From contig CAVNZM010000001.1 in assembly GCA_963693365.1 (NCBI GenBank), forward strand, positions 15,867,840-15,931,839: DNA of 64,000 bases, written 5' to 3'. Source of the DNA: Amoebidium appalachense (Eukaryota > Protista > Ichthyosporea). Positions 36,651-64,000 of the stretch are shown here, piece after piece. Position numbers and translations under genes: made by a program. The notes under the pieces are model-generated. The model saw only the letters and a program-made list of their open reading frames with translations, did not search any database and was not told the origin of the DNA. Each line of letters opens with the position of its first letter. The stretch's first letter is position 1.

Positions 36651-37039
36651 AAGATATGAACTTGCAAGATATCGGTGATGCAGTGCACGAACTCACACCG
36701 GGCACACACACGTCACAACATGTATGCGTGTAGGAATCCACTGTATAAGGGCTAAGTCACACTATTGTGTGTGTGTGTGTTTCTGTGTCTGTGTCTGTGT
36801 CTGTAACGATGAGGGTTAGTCGCATGTGGTGGTTCTGGTAACAGTTCATACCGACGAGCATAGAGTCTGTGTATACGATCCAAACAGGGTGGGTGCTGAT
36901 ACTGTGTGTTTCAGATCCATCTGTCCCTGGTAGCCAACCCCTCGCACTTGGAAGCTGTTGACCCCGTGGTGGTCGGCAAGGTCCGCGCTGAGCAGTTCCT
37001 GCAGGTAACTTATACTCCCCACCCCCATCACCCCACACA

Positions 37040-37103
<64 letters not shown>

Positions 37104-39804
37104 TGTGTACACACAATTTCCTCCTCCTCCTCCTCCTCCTCCTCCTCCTCCCGGTTATCACCCATCCCATCTCCACTCTAAACCCAAGTTCGACCGCCTT
37201 GTTCCTCTCTGCCTCCCCTCTGGTCGACTCCTGAAGGAAATGGGAAGAGTATTTTTCTTTTCTTGTTGCTTTCCTGCCCACAGGCCTACCTGCTCTCCGT
37301 ATGTGTGGGGTAGCGTATGTGCATGTGTGCAACAAAGCATCCACACCCTCCTCCTCTCTCCGTCTCAACAAACCGTCGTCCGTCCCCCGTTTCCCCCCCC
37401 CCCCCTCGTCTCTGATCAAGACGGGTGACCTACTCATGTTCAAGTGAAACAGTATCTGAGTTGGGTTTCGTTAACGAGGGGAATAGGTCGAAACTCGGGT
37501 ACTGTGGATGACGTGGGCCCCCCCTGAGGATGGGCTCTGCTTATTATGCATACTCTTTATGTATGGCTTGCATTCTGCATCGTGTTATCCGTTTGTTCTT
37601 GTGTACTTCGTACTTTTTAACGCATTCAAACCCCCCCCCCCCCCCCCCCCCCCCCCTCCCCTCCGGCGGCCGGTCAACATGGTCATCACGTGAGCATGTG
37701 TTTGCACACGCACACACACAAATACACACACACACACACACATTCGGTTCCCGTCGTGTCAAACTAGAATAGTTTAATTTCACATGTTGGCCCTACTGTG
37801 TGGTGCGAAACAGAAGTTCTCACCACTTTATGTAACACACAGAGAGATACTTTTTCTAACCCGCATATGCCATACATGCACACACGTATACACTTCTAGG
37901 TACACACATACACACACAATGACGTATACATGCCCACGTGTATCCACAAACCCACCTACCCACATATACACAATCGTACTGTGGCACTTGTCCTCGTATA
38001 CTTACTTGTGTACACATGAACACTTGCAAACACTCACGTACACGTACAAACACCCCCCCCCCCCCCCCCCCCCCCCACCACCACCACCACCACCACACAC
38101 ACACACACAAACACCTGCACACGCGCACGCACATGTGTAACGTAAGTACACACCCACACTCACACATTTAACCATACACAGGGCGATACTGAGCGCAAGA
38201 AGGTGATGGGTCTCCTCCTCCACGGTGACGCCGCCTTCTCCGGTCAGGGTATCGTCTATGAGACCTTCAACCTTGGTGATCTGCCCAACTATTGCACCGG
38301 CGGTACCATTCACGTTGTGTGCAACAACCAGATTGGTTTCACCACCGACCCCCGCTTCTCCCGCTCCTCCCCCTACTGCTCTGACATCGCCAAGTGTGTC
38401 GATGCCCCCATCTTCCACGTCAACGGGTATTTGTCCCCTCCCCCCTTGGCCCCCCCACGCGGCTTACTCCTCACTTCTCTTCCCTTCCTGCTATTCCTGA
38501 TCTTGTGATGTTCTCCCCTTTTTTGGTTAGGCATGGTGTGGTGTGGGTGACTGAATCCGGGCACAGTAGGTGGGGGACAAGAAAAGAGAGGGGAGGGGGT
38601 GGGGGTTTCAGTTTATGGATTGGATAGGAGTAGTACAAGCGGGACTGGGGTTCGGGAAGGGGTATGGGATGACGAGTGTTTGGGGCTGGAAATATCGGTT
38701 TAAAGGTACAAATGCGTGGATTTGATTTGATTGCAAAGTAGAGGGAAACGTGTTGATGTGTTTGCTGACGATGGGATGGTTGTAAGAGGGAGAGACAAAT
38801 TTTGGTAATTTTTCTGTGTTTTTGGTGATTTCCCTTTTTTTTTCTGACGCATGGTGCACACAGTGATGATGTGGAGTCCGTGGTCAAGGTCTGCAAGCTG
38901 GCCGTCGACTGGCGCCAGAAGTTCGGCAAGGACGTCGTCATTGACATTGTACGTATCCTTTGGTGGCTCAAAACACACATGCACAAGAGGTTGATGGGGT
39001 TTAGGGAGGAGGATGGGAGAAAGGGGAAGGAGGAGGGGTGTTTTTGTGGGTGTGTGGGGGGGGGGGGGGGGGGAGGGGGGGGGGGGGGGGTAGCGGTAGC
39101 GGTAGCGGTATTTTTGCCATGTGGTCTGAAAAGTGTGCAATCGTTGCTCTCTGCTTCATGGATACTAGTCATGACCCCTCTTTCTCCCTCCTGTCTCCCT
39201 GTCTGTGTGCAACTCCACACGTCTCATGAGTGAGTGAGTGAATGAGTTAAGAGCTTGTGTGTGCACTTCTGTGTCTTTTTGTGTGCGCGCCTACGTGCTT
39301 GTCTCTTATCTCTAACTTACACTTCCACTTACAGGTTGGCTACCGCCGCCATGGACACAACGAGATCGACCAGCCTGCCTTCACACAGCCGCTCATGTAT
39401 GCCGCCATCAGCAAGCACCGCCCCGTGCTGCAGATCTACAGGGACCAGCTGCTCAAGGAGGGTACGTGTGTGTGGGTGGGTGTGTGTCTGTGCACGTAGT
39501 TGTGTGTGCATACGGTTTTTGGGGAATGGGTTGAAGTAGTGCTGTGTGTGTGTGGTCCTGTATGCGTGGGTGAGGGTGAGGGTGAGGGAGTGTGTGCTCG
39601 TGGGTGGGTGGGTGGGTGGCAGTTTGTGTGTGTGTGTGTGTGTGTGTTTTTGGGTTTGTGGCTGTACGTGTGCGTGCGTGGTTAGTTGGATGGGTGGGGA
39701 CTTGTTTTGGGGTAATTGGATATTATTTTTGTTTAGGGGTGAGGGGAGGATCCTCAGCAAGATTCATACTTTCTCGGTGACACTTGTTTTGTTTACCTCA
39801 TCTA

Positions 39805-39845
<41 letters not shown>

Positions 39846-39871
39846 AAAAAAAAACAAAAACAAAAACAAAC

Positions 39872-39910
<39 letters not shown>

Positions 39911-40354
39911 CCACACACCCACACACCCATCCCACACACACGTACCCACACCTGTTTTCTCCCAGGCGTGATCACCCCCGAGGAGTTCCAAGCCATGGAC
40001 GGGTCCTACCAGAAGATGTGCCAGGACGCATACGAGCGCAGCAAGTCCACAGGGTTCCACATTGACGAGTGGCTGGATTCCCGCTGGAAGGGCATGAAGA
40101 GCAGGGTCTCCCACGCATCCATCTTTGATACTGGTGTGCCCAAGGAGAGACTCCACCAGATTGGCCAAAAGATTAGCAACGTGCCTGCTGACTTTACCCC
40201 CCACTCCGGTATCACCCGCTTCCTCAAGGCCCGCCAAAAGTGCTTCGAGGTGCGTATGTGTGTGTGTGTTGTGTTGTAATGTGAAGATTAGAAGCTGCAG
40301 AAATCAATCCTACCCCCCCCCCCCCCCCCCCCCCCCCCCTTCCCCCTCCCCCTT

Positions 40355-40396
<42 letters not shown>

Positions 40397-40498
40397 GTCA
40401 TATCCTCGCTCAAGGAAACCCCCCTTTCTACCCATTTCCCTTTCTCCCCGCGGCTCTCTCCTCCTCCATCCGCTGCTCTGTTAACTCGATGCATCGTA

Positions 40499-40543
<45 letters not shown>

Positions 40544-41359
40544 CCGCCCGGGGTTTTCCAACTTGCCCTGGCTTACTTCCTTGCTTCTTCTTTTGCACCT
40601 TAACGCCTCCCCACACGTGCCACTAACATACTCCCCCCCCCCCCCCCCCCCCAAATTTCCTCCTCATTTCTTACCACAGACTGGCAAGGACATTGACTGG
40701 GCCACTGCTGAGTCTCTTGCCTTCGGCTCTCTCCTTCTCGAGGACTACCACGTGCGCCTGTCCGGTCAGGACGTCGAGCGCGGTACCTTCTCCCAGCGCC
40801 ACGTGTGTCTCACTGATCAGAAGACCGAGAAGAAATACACTGCGCTCCAGAACCTCTCTCCCGATCAGGCCCCGTTCACTGTTGCTAACTCGTCTCTGTC
40901 TGAGTATGGGTGCCTCGGTTTCGAGCTCGGTTACTCCCTGGCCAACCCCAACGCACTTGTGATGTGGGAGGCTCAGTTCGGTGATTTCTCGAACGGTTGC
41001 CAGATCATCTTCGATCAGGTGTGTGTTGTGTGTGTGTGTGTGTGTGTGCACGTGCGTGTGCGTGTGCGTGCGCGCGTGTGTGCATGTGTACCACTAGAAC
41101 GCGGAGTTCCGAATTGACGAGTTTGTAATTATTTCGATGCTCACACGTTTTTTTACCACGTGCTTCAATACGACATACTGCAACGTCTGATACTTTGCTG
41201 CCACCATAAGTCTGACACTGTTTTGTGCAGTTCATCTCGTCCATGGAGCAGAAGTGGCTGCGCCAGACCGGCATCACCCTGCTGCTGCCCCACGGCTACG
41301 AGGGTGCCGGCCCAGAGCACTCCAGCGCACGCCTCGAGCGCTTCCTGCAGATGGTACGT

Positions 41360-41403
<44 letters not shown>

Positions 41404-41740
41404 GCGTGCCAAGACATATGGGTATATGACCGTGCATTACGTGTGTGTGGACAACCTTGCATACATACACACCCTTTGATTGAGCACATGCACCAGTACA
41501 CCTCCGATCCCCAAGATGCCTATCTGGTACGTTTTCTTACGGTATACGAAGGGCACAGGCATCCGTCCACAAAAACATACTCGAACATGCCTTCAGCTGC
41601 AGGCATGCCCACGGCTACATGTGAAACAGCGGCCACACTACACCATACACATACACAGTCCCCTGCCCAACTCATCACTTAACTCTGCCCCCCTCTTCCT
41701 CTGTTTCCCCCTCGGGGCAACCTAGACAAACAGTCGTGCG

Positions 41741-41774
<34 letters not shown>

Positions 41775-41817
41775 AACACGAGAAGACAATCCTAAACTTA
41801 AACATAAAACTAACCCT

Positions 41818-41865
<48 letters not shown>

Positions 41866-42168
41866 TTTTTTTTTTCCCCTCCTCGCGCACCTACAGAGTG
41901 ACGACGCCGATGATGTTATCCCCGACCTGGACGGCAAGGTGCGCAAGCAGATCCAGGACACCAACTGGCAGGTGATGATGCTCAGCACCCCCGCAAACTA
42001 TTTCCACGCCCTGCGCCGCCAGCTGCACCGCGAGTTCCGCAAGCCCCTGATCATCATGACACCCAAGTCCCTGCTGCGTCTGCGTGCCTGCGTCTCCTCC
42101 ATTGATGACGTGGCTGAAGGCACCCGCTTCCGCCGCCTGATCCACGATGAGACCGTATGTTTTTACCC

Positions 42169-42246
<78 letters not shown>

Positions 42247-42720
42247 ACACACACTCACACACAAGACATTCCCATGCCTGTTTTGTGGACGACGTGTGCT
42301 CACCAGTGCAGGGCCCAAAAAAATAGTTTTTATAAAACTAAAAAACGGTAGGATTATGGTGCCAGTCTCGTTTGGTTGCTTGGATGTTCTCTTTCATGGA
42401 GAGTCGGAGACACTCAAAAACAAGCTTCAGCCAGGTCAGGGCCCCTTTTCCATGCTCTATGTATGTTTTCTGCGCACTGAAAGCCAGTTCAGCGCTTCTG
42501 GCAAGCCCAGTTTTGTGGCTTGATTTTTCGGCAGGTTTTAGCCGTACTCCGCGCGCGCTCCCACACATACCCACACACACACACTGACTGACTGACTGAC
42601 TGATTGACTGCTTGCCTGCTGCAGTTTGCCGAGCCCAGTGCTGACGTCAAGCGGCTGATCTTCTGCTCGGGCAAGGTCAAGTACGACCTGCTCAAGGCCA
42701 GAGACGATGCCGGCCTCGGC

Positions 42721-42800
<80 letters not shown>

Positions 42801-42921
42801 GTGAATGTGTGCAACAACTCTCGTGTTGCTTGTTGGTATGTATAGGTCATAGCAGCAGGTCTGCAGCTGAGAATGTTTGTGTGTGTGGTAGGTTGGACGT
42901 TCCTTCTGTGGTGGTGGTGGG

Positions 42922-42956
<35 letters not shown>

Positions 42957-43954
42957 CTCTGACGGGTTATAACGCTAAGAATATGCGAACCGACTTCTGA
43001 TGTTGCAACAAGACGATTCTTGCCCCTTGATGAAGTCACAATTGCATGCATCTTAGTGCCGTTCTTCCCATTTGAATCAAAATTCTGACCCCCCCCCCCC
43101 CCCCCCTCCCCCCTCCCCCTCCCCTCCCTTTCCCTCTCTCCCTCTTCTCATCTGAGCAGCAAGATTGCCATTGCGTCAGTGGAGCAGATTTCTCCGTTCC
43201 CGTTCGACCTTGTCCGTCGCCAGGCCGAGATGTTCCCCAATGCGGACATTGTGTGGTGCCAGGAGGAGCCCAAGAACATGGGCGCATGGTCATACGTTAA
43301 CCCCCGCATTGAGACCGCCCTCAAGCCCTCGTCCACACACAACGGTGCACGCCCCAAGTATGTGCTACAACCCCTTACCCCCCCCCCCCCCCCCCCCCCC
43401 CCTCCACCTCCCCACCCCCCACCACCAAACACACATATTCACGCACACAAAACCACCACGACCTCGAAAAAAGGAACACGCATCTGTGGGCGCACACACA
43501 GAGAGAGAATTGTGTAACCACATGTGCAGGCGCGGTCAACCCCCCCCCCCCCCTCCCCTCCCCACCATGCTCCGCTCCGCCCAAACATCCGCAAACGCAC
43601 ATTGTACAGTTATCCTCAATGACAGTCATCTTCACATTATCCAAGTTTTAGTCTGTGTGTTTCTGGGCTTATGTGAAGATGACATTTCATAGGGTGGTAC
43701 TGACGGATTCTTCCATCGATTGGTGGTTGTGGTGGTGGGGTGGGGTGGGGGCGGAGAGAGGGGCAAGGGGGAGGGTTTGCAGAATCGCACAAAACTTTTT
43801 GAGGGATTTTTATGGATGGAAATTACGTTTGCTTACACCTTTTTTTCCCCGCAGGTATGTGGGTCGCAAGCCATCCGCCGCCACGGCCACCGGCAACAAG
43901 AAGCAGCACAAGTACGAGGAGCATGCCTTCCTCGAGGCTGCAATGACCATCTAA
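30313..43954 (+). CDS. OGDH: Mitochondrial 2-oxoglutarate dehydrogenase E1 component, 22 exons
   Basis: Presequence-like N-terminus, then [87 protein letters not shown]...NNQIGFTT (ThDP motif), [50 protein letters not shown] and [10 protein letters not shown]. All joins are GT-AG and in frame. Confidence 0.97.
33761..33862 (+). repeat. Copy of the ~110-nt intronic element (OGDH intron 6)
   Basis: gaatgggctttgcttattatgcatgctctgtgtgggttgcactccgcattccgttgtccgttatgaatgtatacttcgtgcttcatgacacacattacccc. Confidence 0.85.
34068..34235. repeat. ~84 bp tandem duplication
   Basis: taggaaatgtgtttaa.ctat.taggatgaatggcaattcgtttgaatata.atgtctgcttccttc occurs twice. Confidence 0.8.
37506..37632 (+). repeat. 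Copy of the ~110-nt intronic element (OGDH intron 12)
   Basis: gatgacgtgggcccccc...ctgaggatgggctctgcttattatgcatactctttatgtatggcttgcattctgcatcgtg...cgcattcaaacccc. Confidence 0.85.
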
Positions 43955-44838
43955 AAACCCCCCTTATTCAAGTTTACTAATATAAGCCGCTGCATCCCTG
44001 ACGCTCGAAATTTGGCTACGGGATCGGCGACCCCCCCTGGGCTTGACGGCCTAGTGTGATAGACCCCCCCCCCCCCCCTGCCCCATGGCGAATAGCTGGG
44101 GGGTAGGGTAGTGTTGTGTTTGTGCTTGAGTGGATGTGTGTGCTGGACCGTGTCTGCAGCACGAAAGTAAAAGTCGAACTGAGGGATTTTTGATATGTTC
44201 ACTGCATGGAACTTTTGGGGGAGTACTGCCTTTACCCCCCCCCCCCCCCCCCCCCCCCCCCGCGCGCCCGCGCCCCGCCCGGGGATTCACCCTGATGGCA
44301 CATATTGGGTCAGTGGGATGGACAGTTTGCGCCTTTCTGTCCATCCCACTGACCCGTCTCCCGTCCCTCCACCTCTTGCTCTCTCTCTCTCTCTAGATAG
44401 TCTCTCTACCTCTCTCCTCCCTCCCAAAACAACTATGAACCTGATTATCATACTCTGCAGAGAATTGCTCAACCTTTTCTCCCCTTGCAACCTTGAGAAA
44501 TTGGTTGTTGGTATGTGCCACTATATGGGGTTGGCAAGTAACTGGTGAACAGGCGCTAAAACCATTGTCTCCACCATTCCTTCAGCAGTGCCATGACAGA
44601 CAGGTACCGTTTGTAGCTTCCTAAGATCTTTACTCCTTTTACAAGTCGGACTCCCTCTTCCATGCGCATGCACGCCTAGCTAGCTATAAAAAAAGAAGAA
44701 AAGGCCTTTATAATTAAATCACAGGCTGACTCAGTCCCCTCAAGACCTCGCAACTTGAGTACTAGTGGCTTTATATTGCCAGAGCCGAGGCATTCCCGCG
44801 GACGTATACCTGGCCTCCCTCTCCGCGATGCTTCGATG

Positions 44839-44984
44839 CAGTCATTGCAATGGTCGTTATGGGCAAAAACAAAACCGGGGCGGCTATCCCGATGGGCCGT
44901 GGCAGCGAGGGAGGGGAGAGGCCCGGGGGCCCCACGCGTAGCTACTTAGCTAGGGGCTCCCAGTCCCCCTCGCTCTCTGAATCC

Positions 44985-45067
<83 letters not shown>

Positions 45068-45154
45068 GACTCTGTCTCTCTCTCTCCCGACTCTCTTTCA
45101 GCTCTTTCTCGAGGCTCTCTATCTCTCTCCCTCTCTCTGAGACACACACACACA

Positions 45155-45239
<85 letters not shown>

Positions 45240-45456
45240 CTCTCTCTCTCTCTCGCTCTGAGACTCTATGTATCTCTCTCTCCCCGAGACTCTCTCTCTC
45301 TCTCTCTCTCTCCCTCTATCACACTGGCTGTCCCCTGATTCAGGCCTATTAGGCTCTCTAGATCTCCCTCTCCCCTTCTCTCGGATCCTCTCCCTCTCTC
45401 GCCGAAGTTCCCCTGAGCCCTGCTGCCCTAGCTAGCCGAGTCAGCCCCCCCTCCCC

Positions 45457-45514
<58 letters not shown>

Positions 45515-45706
45515 CACTGGCTTTCCCCTGATTCAGGTCTATTAGGCTCTCTAGAACTCCCTCTCCCCTTCTCTCGGATCCTCTCCCACTCTCGTTCTCC
45601 TTCGAGCCCTGCTGCCCTAGCTAGCTGAGTCAGCCCCCCTCCCCAACCCTCGATCCCCCCCCCCCCCCCCCCCCACCTCCTCCCCCCCCCTCCCCCCCCC
45701 CCCCCC

Positions 45707-45746
<40 letters not shown>

Positions 45747-45876
45747 ACCACCACCACCACCACCCACGTGCACCCACCCCCACGGGTGAGTGTTGCGGGC
45801 CTCTCCGGATCCCAGCCACTCGCTGCCACGGCCACTCGCCGTTTTTGTTGTTGCTCCATGACCCATTGAATGACTG
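44839..45876. mobile_element. Foldback/MITE-like element with imperfect ~85 bp inverted arms, a (CT)n-rich interior and an internal ~135 bp duplication
   Basis: cagtcattgcaatgg...gcaaaaacaaaaccgg...ggccgtggcagcgag...gagaggcccg (44839-44925) is the approximate reverse complement of 45796-45876. ctatcacactggct.tcccctgattcagg...gagtcagccccc occurs at ~45315 and ~45510. Confidence 0.6.
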
Positions 45877-46513
45877 TACTACATGTGCGAGTAGGGGGCC
45901 AAGATGATCATGCCACGTCACGTGCACGCGGCCTTCTACATAAATATGGCCTCCAACGAATGTGCTCTTGCACATTTTCCAAGGGTAGCTGGAGAGTAGG
46001 AGAGGCACGTGATCAGCGACCCTTCGAGTGACACTGACTGGTTTTGCCGACACAAGGTGGTGAACTGTGTTCCACAATGTTTGGCTACCGATTGGTTTCC
46101 TTTCAGTCGATGAATAGCCAATAGGAACCGCTAAAAAACACGTCTGCGTCACTATTCACTGGTTGTCCCTCTATACCCGCACACTCCCCGAAACGTGCGC
46201 TGGACGAAGATGGTCTAATTTGCCAGCTTAATCATTTGCCAGCTTTATCAGCCAGTAAAATAAATAAAATATCATTAAAAAATAATTCTATTGTATATTT
46301 TTCCACCTAATATTAGTTACCGAGGTCTAACCTTCGAATCGCTCGACCAGGACGAAGGACCTTTCACGGTGTTTGTTTTTGTGCAGTAGCATAAAGTTTA
46401 GGAAGATGCTGATAAAGTATATAAACCACTTTTTTCTGGATAACCGGCTCACAAAAACCCAAAACCCTGCGCCATTACACCACTTGAAGGAAAAACACTT
46501 TCAGCATTTCAAC

Positions 46514-48229
46514 ATGGTTTCCGCCGTTCCCAAGATGTTCACTCCACTCCGCGTGGGTGCACTCCAGCTTGCCCACCGCGTCATTCTGGCCCCTCTTACC
46601 CGCTGCCGCGCGGATCCCGGTGAAATTCAGTCGGAAATCGCCATTGAGTACTATTTGCAGAGAACCACTCCGGGGGGTCTCCTCATTTCCGAGGCCACTC
46701 AAATCAGCCAGGAGGGGCAGGGCACACCGAATACCCCTGGCATCTTCACCAGCGAGCAGGCTGAAGCGTGGAAGAAGGTTATTGATGCCGTGCATGCCAA
46801 AGGTGCGTACTGTTTATTATGTAGTTGTGAATGCTTTTAAAGGTTTTGCTCCCGGCTACCATCTTCGGATGTGGAAAGAAAGAAAAAGGACTAAGCCCCC
46901 CCCCCCCCCCCCCCCCCCTCCCTCCCTCCATCCTCCTCCCCCCCCCCCCCCCCCCCCCCCTGCCCCCCGATCCATCTTACAGCAGCATGCACTTTTTCCT
47001 GGGTCCGACTGAACACCTCTACACATTCGCTCTCAATCACATGCTCTCATGCGTCTAGCAATGTTACAACTTACGCTATCTACCCAACCTACCCCATGCA
47101 CACCTGCTCCGCCTCTGTCTTTGTCGTATCGCACAGTTTCTAGGACCTGTCCAACAAGCTACTTCCCCCTCCCCCTCCCCCCTCCCCCCCCCCCAATAAC
47201 CCTTTCTAGCCCCATCCTATTCCCTTACCCCCCCCCCCTTCCCCCCATGTCCAACAAGCCACTGCCCTCCCCCCCTAACCCCTTCCTCTCAGATCTCCAT
47301 CATATTCCCTTGCCTCCCCCGCCTCTCCCCTACCCCTGTCATTTTCTCTTTCTTGCCTAATACTCACCCTTCTCCCTTCACCTGCAGGGGGTTTCATTTT
47401 TGCGCAACTGTGGCACCAGGGCCGCCAGTCCCACTCGTCCTTCCAACCAAACGGCAGCCTGCCGGTGGCCCCCTCCGCCATCCCCATCAAGGGTAGCAGC
47501 CGCGTGATGACCAAAAATTACGAAAAGGTCCCGTATGAAACCCCCCGCGCACTGGAAACGGACGAAATTCCACGTGTAATTGCCGATTTTGTCCATGCGG
47601 CAAAGACTGCAAAGGAGGCCGGGTTCGACGGGGTTGAAGTTCACGGGGCAAACGGCTATCTAATTGATCAATTTCTGCACGAGGAGGCCAATCAGAGGAC
47701 GGATAATTACGGGGGGTCCATTGAAAATCGCGTGCGGTTTCTGGTCGAGACGGTGAAGGCGGTGGTGGATGTGTGGGGGTCCGACCGGGTCGGCGTGCGT
47801 CTATCTCCCCCCATTTATATCCATGACAGCGACAAGGAGGCTCTCTTCACCCACGCTATCCAAGAGCTCAACAAATTTAACCTCGCCTATATCCACTTGA
47901 TCGACCCCCCCGCCTACGCCCGCCCGGGGCAGCCCCAGGCGGAGGAAATTGTGAAACTCACGACGGGGTTCTTCAGGCCGATCGTAAAAACGGTCCTAAT
48001 CGAAAACGGGGGTGTCGATCGTGAATCAGGGTTGGAATTGATCGAGAAGGGAGATAGCGATGCGATTGCATATGGGAGATTGTTTTTGTCCAATCCTGAT
48101 TTGCCCCGCCGTATTCAGGAAAACCTGCCGTTGAACAACATCGATTACGCGACTTTTTTCACCCCCGGGCCAAAGGGATATACCGATTATCCGTTCTACT
48201 CGGAGACTAAGAGCGAGGCAACCGCCTAA
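46514..48229 (+). CDS. Old Yellow Enzyme family FMN-dependent alkene reductase (NemA/OPR-like), 2 exons
   Basis: Exons 46514-46802 and 47388-48229. Motifs: HRVILAPLTRCRA, GLLISEAT, QLWHQGR, AGFDGVEVHGANGYLIDQFL, RTDNYGGSIENR, GRLFLSNPDLP and GYTDYP. Confidence 0.95.
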
Positions 48230-49017
48230 AATCCGGAGAGGGTTTGCGATTTCTTTTGTTTCTTGGGATAGTTCGAGATATGCTTGAAATATGTATTTAG
48301 CTGTGCAATGTGTGATAAGATCTGTAAACAGGAAGCTTTACATAAACAGGAAGCTTATACAGAGTCTTTCTATTATTTTTGCTTATTAGATGAAATATCT
48401 GTCTCTTTTCTTTTGGGCTTTTTGTGTGTGTGTGTGTGTGTGTGTGTTGGGGGGGTGGGGGGTGTTTGTGTGGTGGAGGGGGGGGGGGGGGGGGGGGGGG
48501 GTGTTTGTGTGGTGTGGGGGGGGGGGGGGGGGGGGGGGGGACCAAAAGTGGGATCGACACTGGTTTGGGTAAAAACTTTATTGGCGATGTGATAGTCTTC
48601 GGTGACAAGATCACGCCTGAACGCTTGTCCCTCCGGCACACACAATGATATATATCCGTGATGATGAATATTATTATGGGGGAACATGTAGCGATAAAGC
48701 TTTAAATTGAGCACCAACTCTAAATATCTCGTGTGTATCCAATGCATCGATAGTGGACTTATGTTGTTGTTGTAACGTGCATGCCAGGCGTGCAATGTCG
48801 CGCTTAACGCGACATAGTTTTTGAAGCAAAAGGGTGAATAAACTCGCCCCAAGAGGAATATCCATGGCTCCGTGTTAGGCCCCCCCCACCCTATTTTCCG
48901 TAAAGACCACTCCCCCACCTCTCTATTCCACGAGGGAAAGTATCCATGTGTCCGTACTGGAACCCTTTTTCCCGTAAAGAAACCCCCCTTCTCCCGCGAA
49001 CCCAAACGTCCCCCTCA

Positions 49018-63963
<14,946 letters not shown>

Positions 63964-64000
63964 CTGAGCGCAACGGTTCATCATCATGCAGTTAGTGATA

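Noticed and set aside
10579-48229. Alternative genetic code, readthrough or non-canonical introns
   Set aside because: GET3, DP, OGDH and OYE all assemble in frame with GT-AG introns and no internal stops.

Overview
Intron-rich eukaryotic DNA full of poly-C/poly-G runs and (CA/GT)n microsatellites, so almost all ORFs in the six-frame track are repeat artefacts. Joining exons by hand at GT-AG boundaries gives six protein genes. They are: a minus-strand CCCH / LOTUS(OST-HTH)-like / CCCH / CCHC putative RNA-binding protein (5' end unresolved), GET3/ASNA1 (10 exons), the E2F partner DP (9 exons), 2-oxoglutarate dehydrogenase E1 (22 exons), a 2-exon Old Yellow Enzyme, and a minus-strand receptor tyrosine kinase running off the right end. 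A true tyrosine kinase with an unrecognised ectodomain suggests a unicellular holozoan such as an ichthyosporean (inference). Four non-coding signals stand out. (1) A dispersed ~110-nt element ending at a C-run, seen about 10 times, always intronic and sense to its host gene. (2) A Harbinger-like MITE in a DP intron carrying a consensus E2F site. (3) Splice sites flanked by poly-C and (CA)n. (4) A foldback element between OGDH and the OYE gene. All gene models are manual and have no transcript support.
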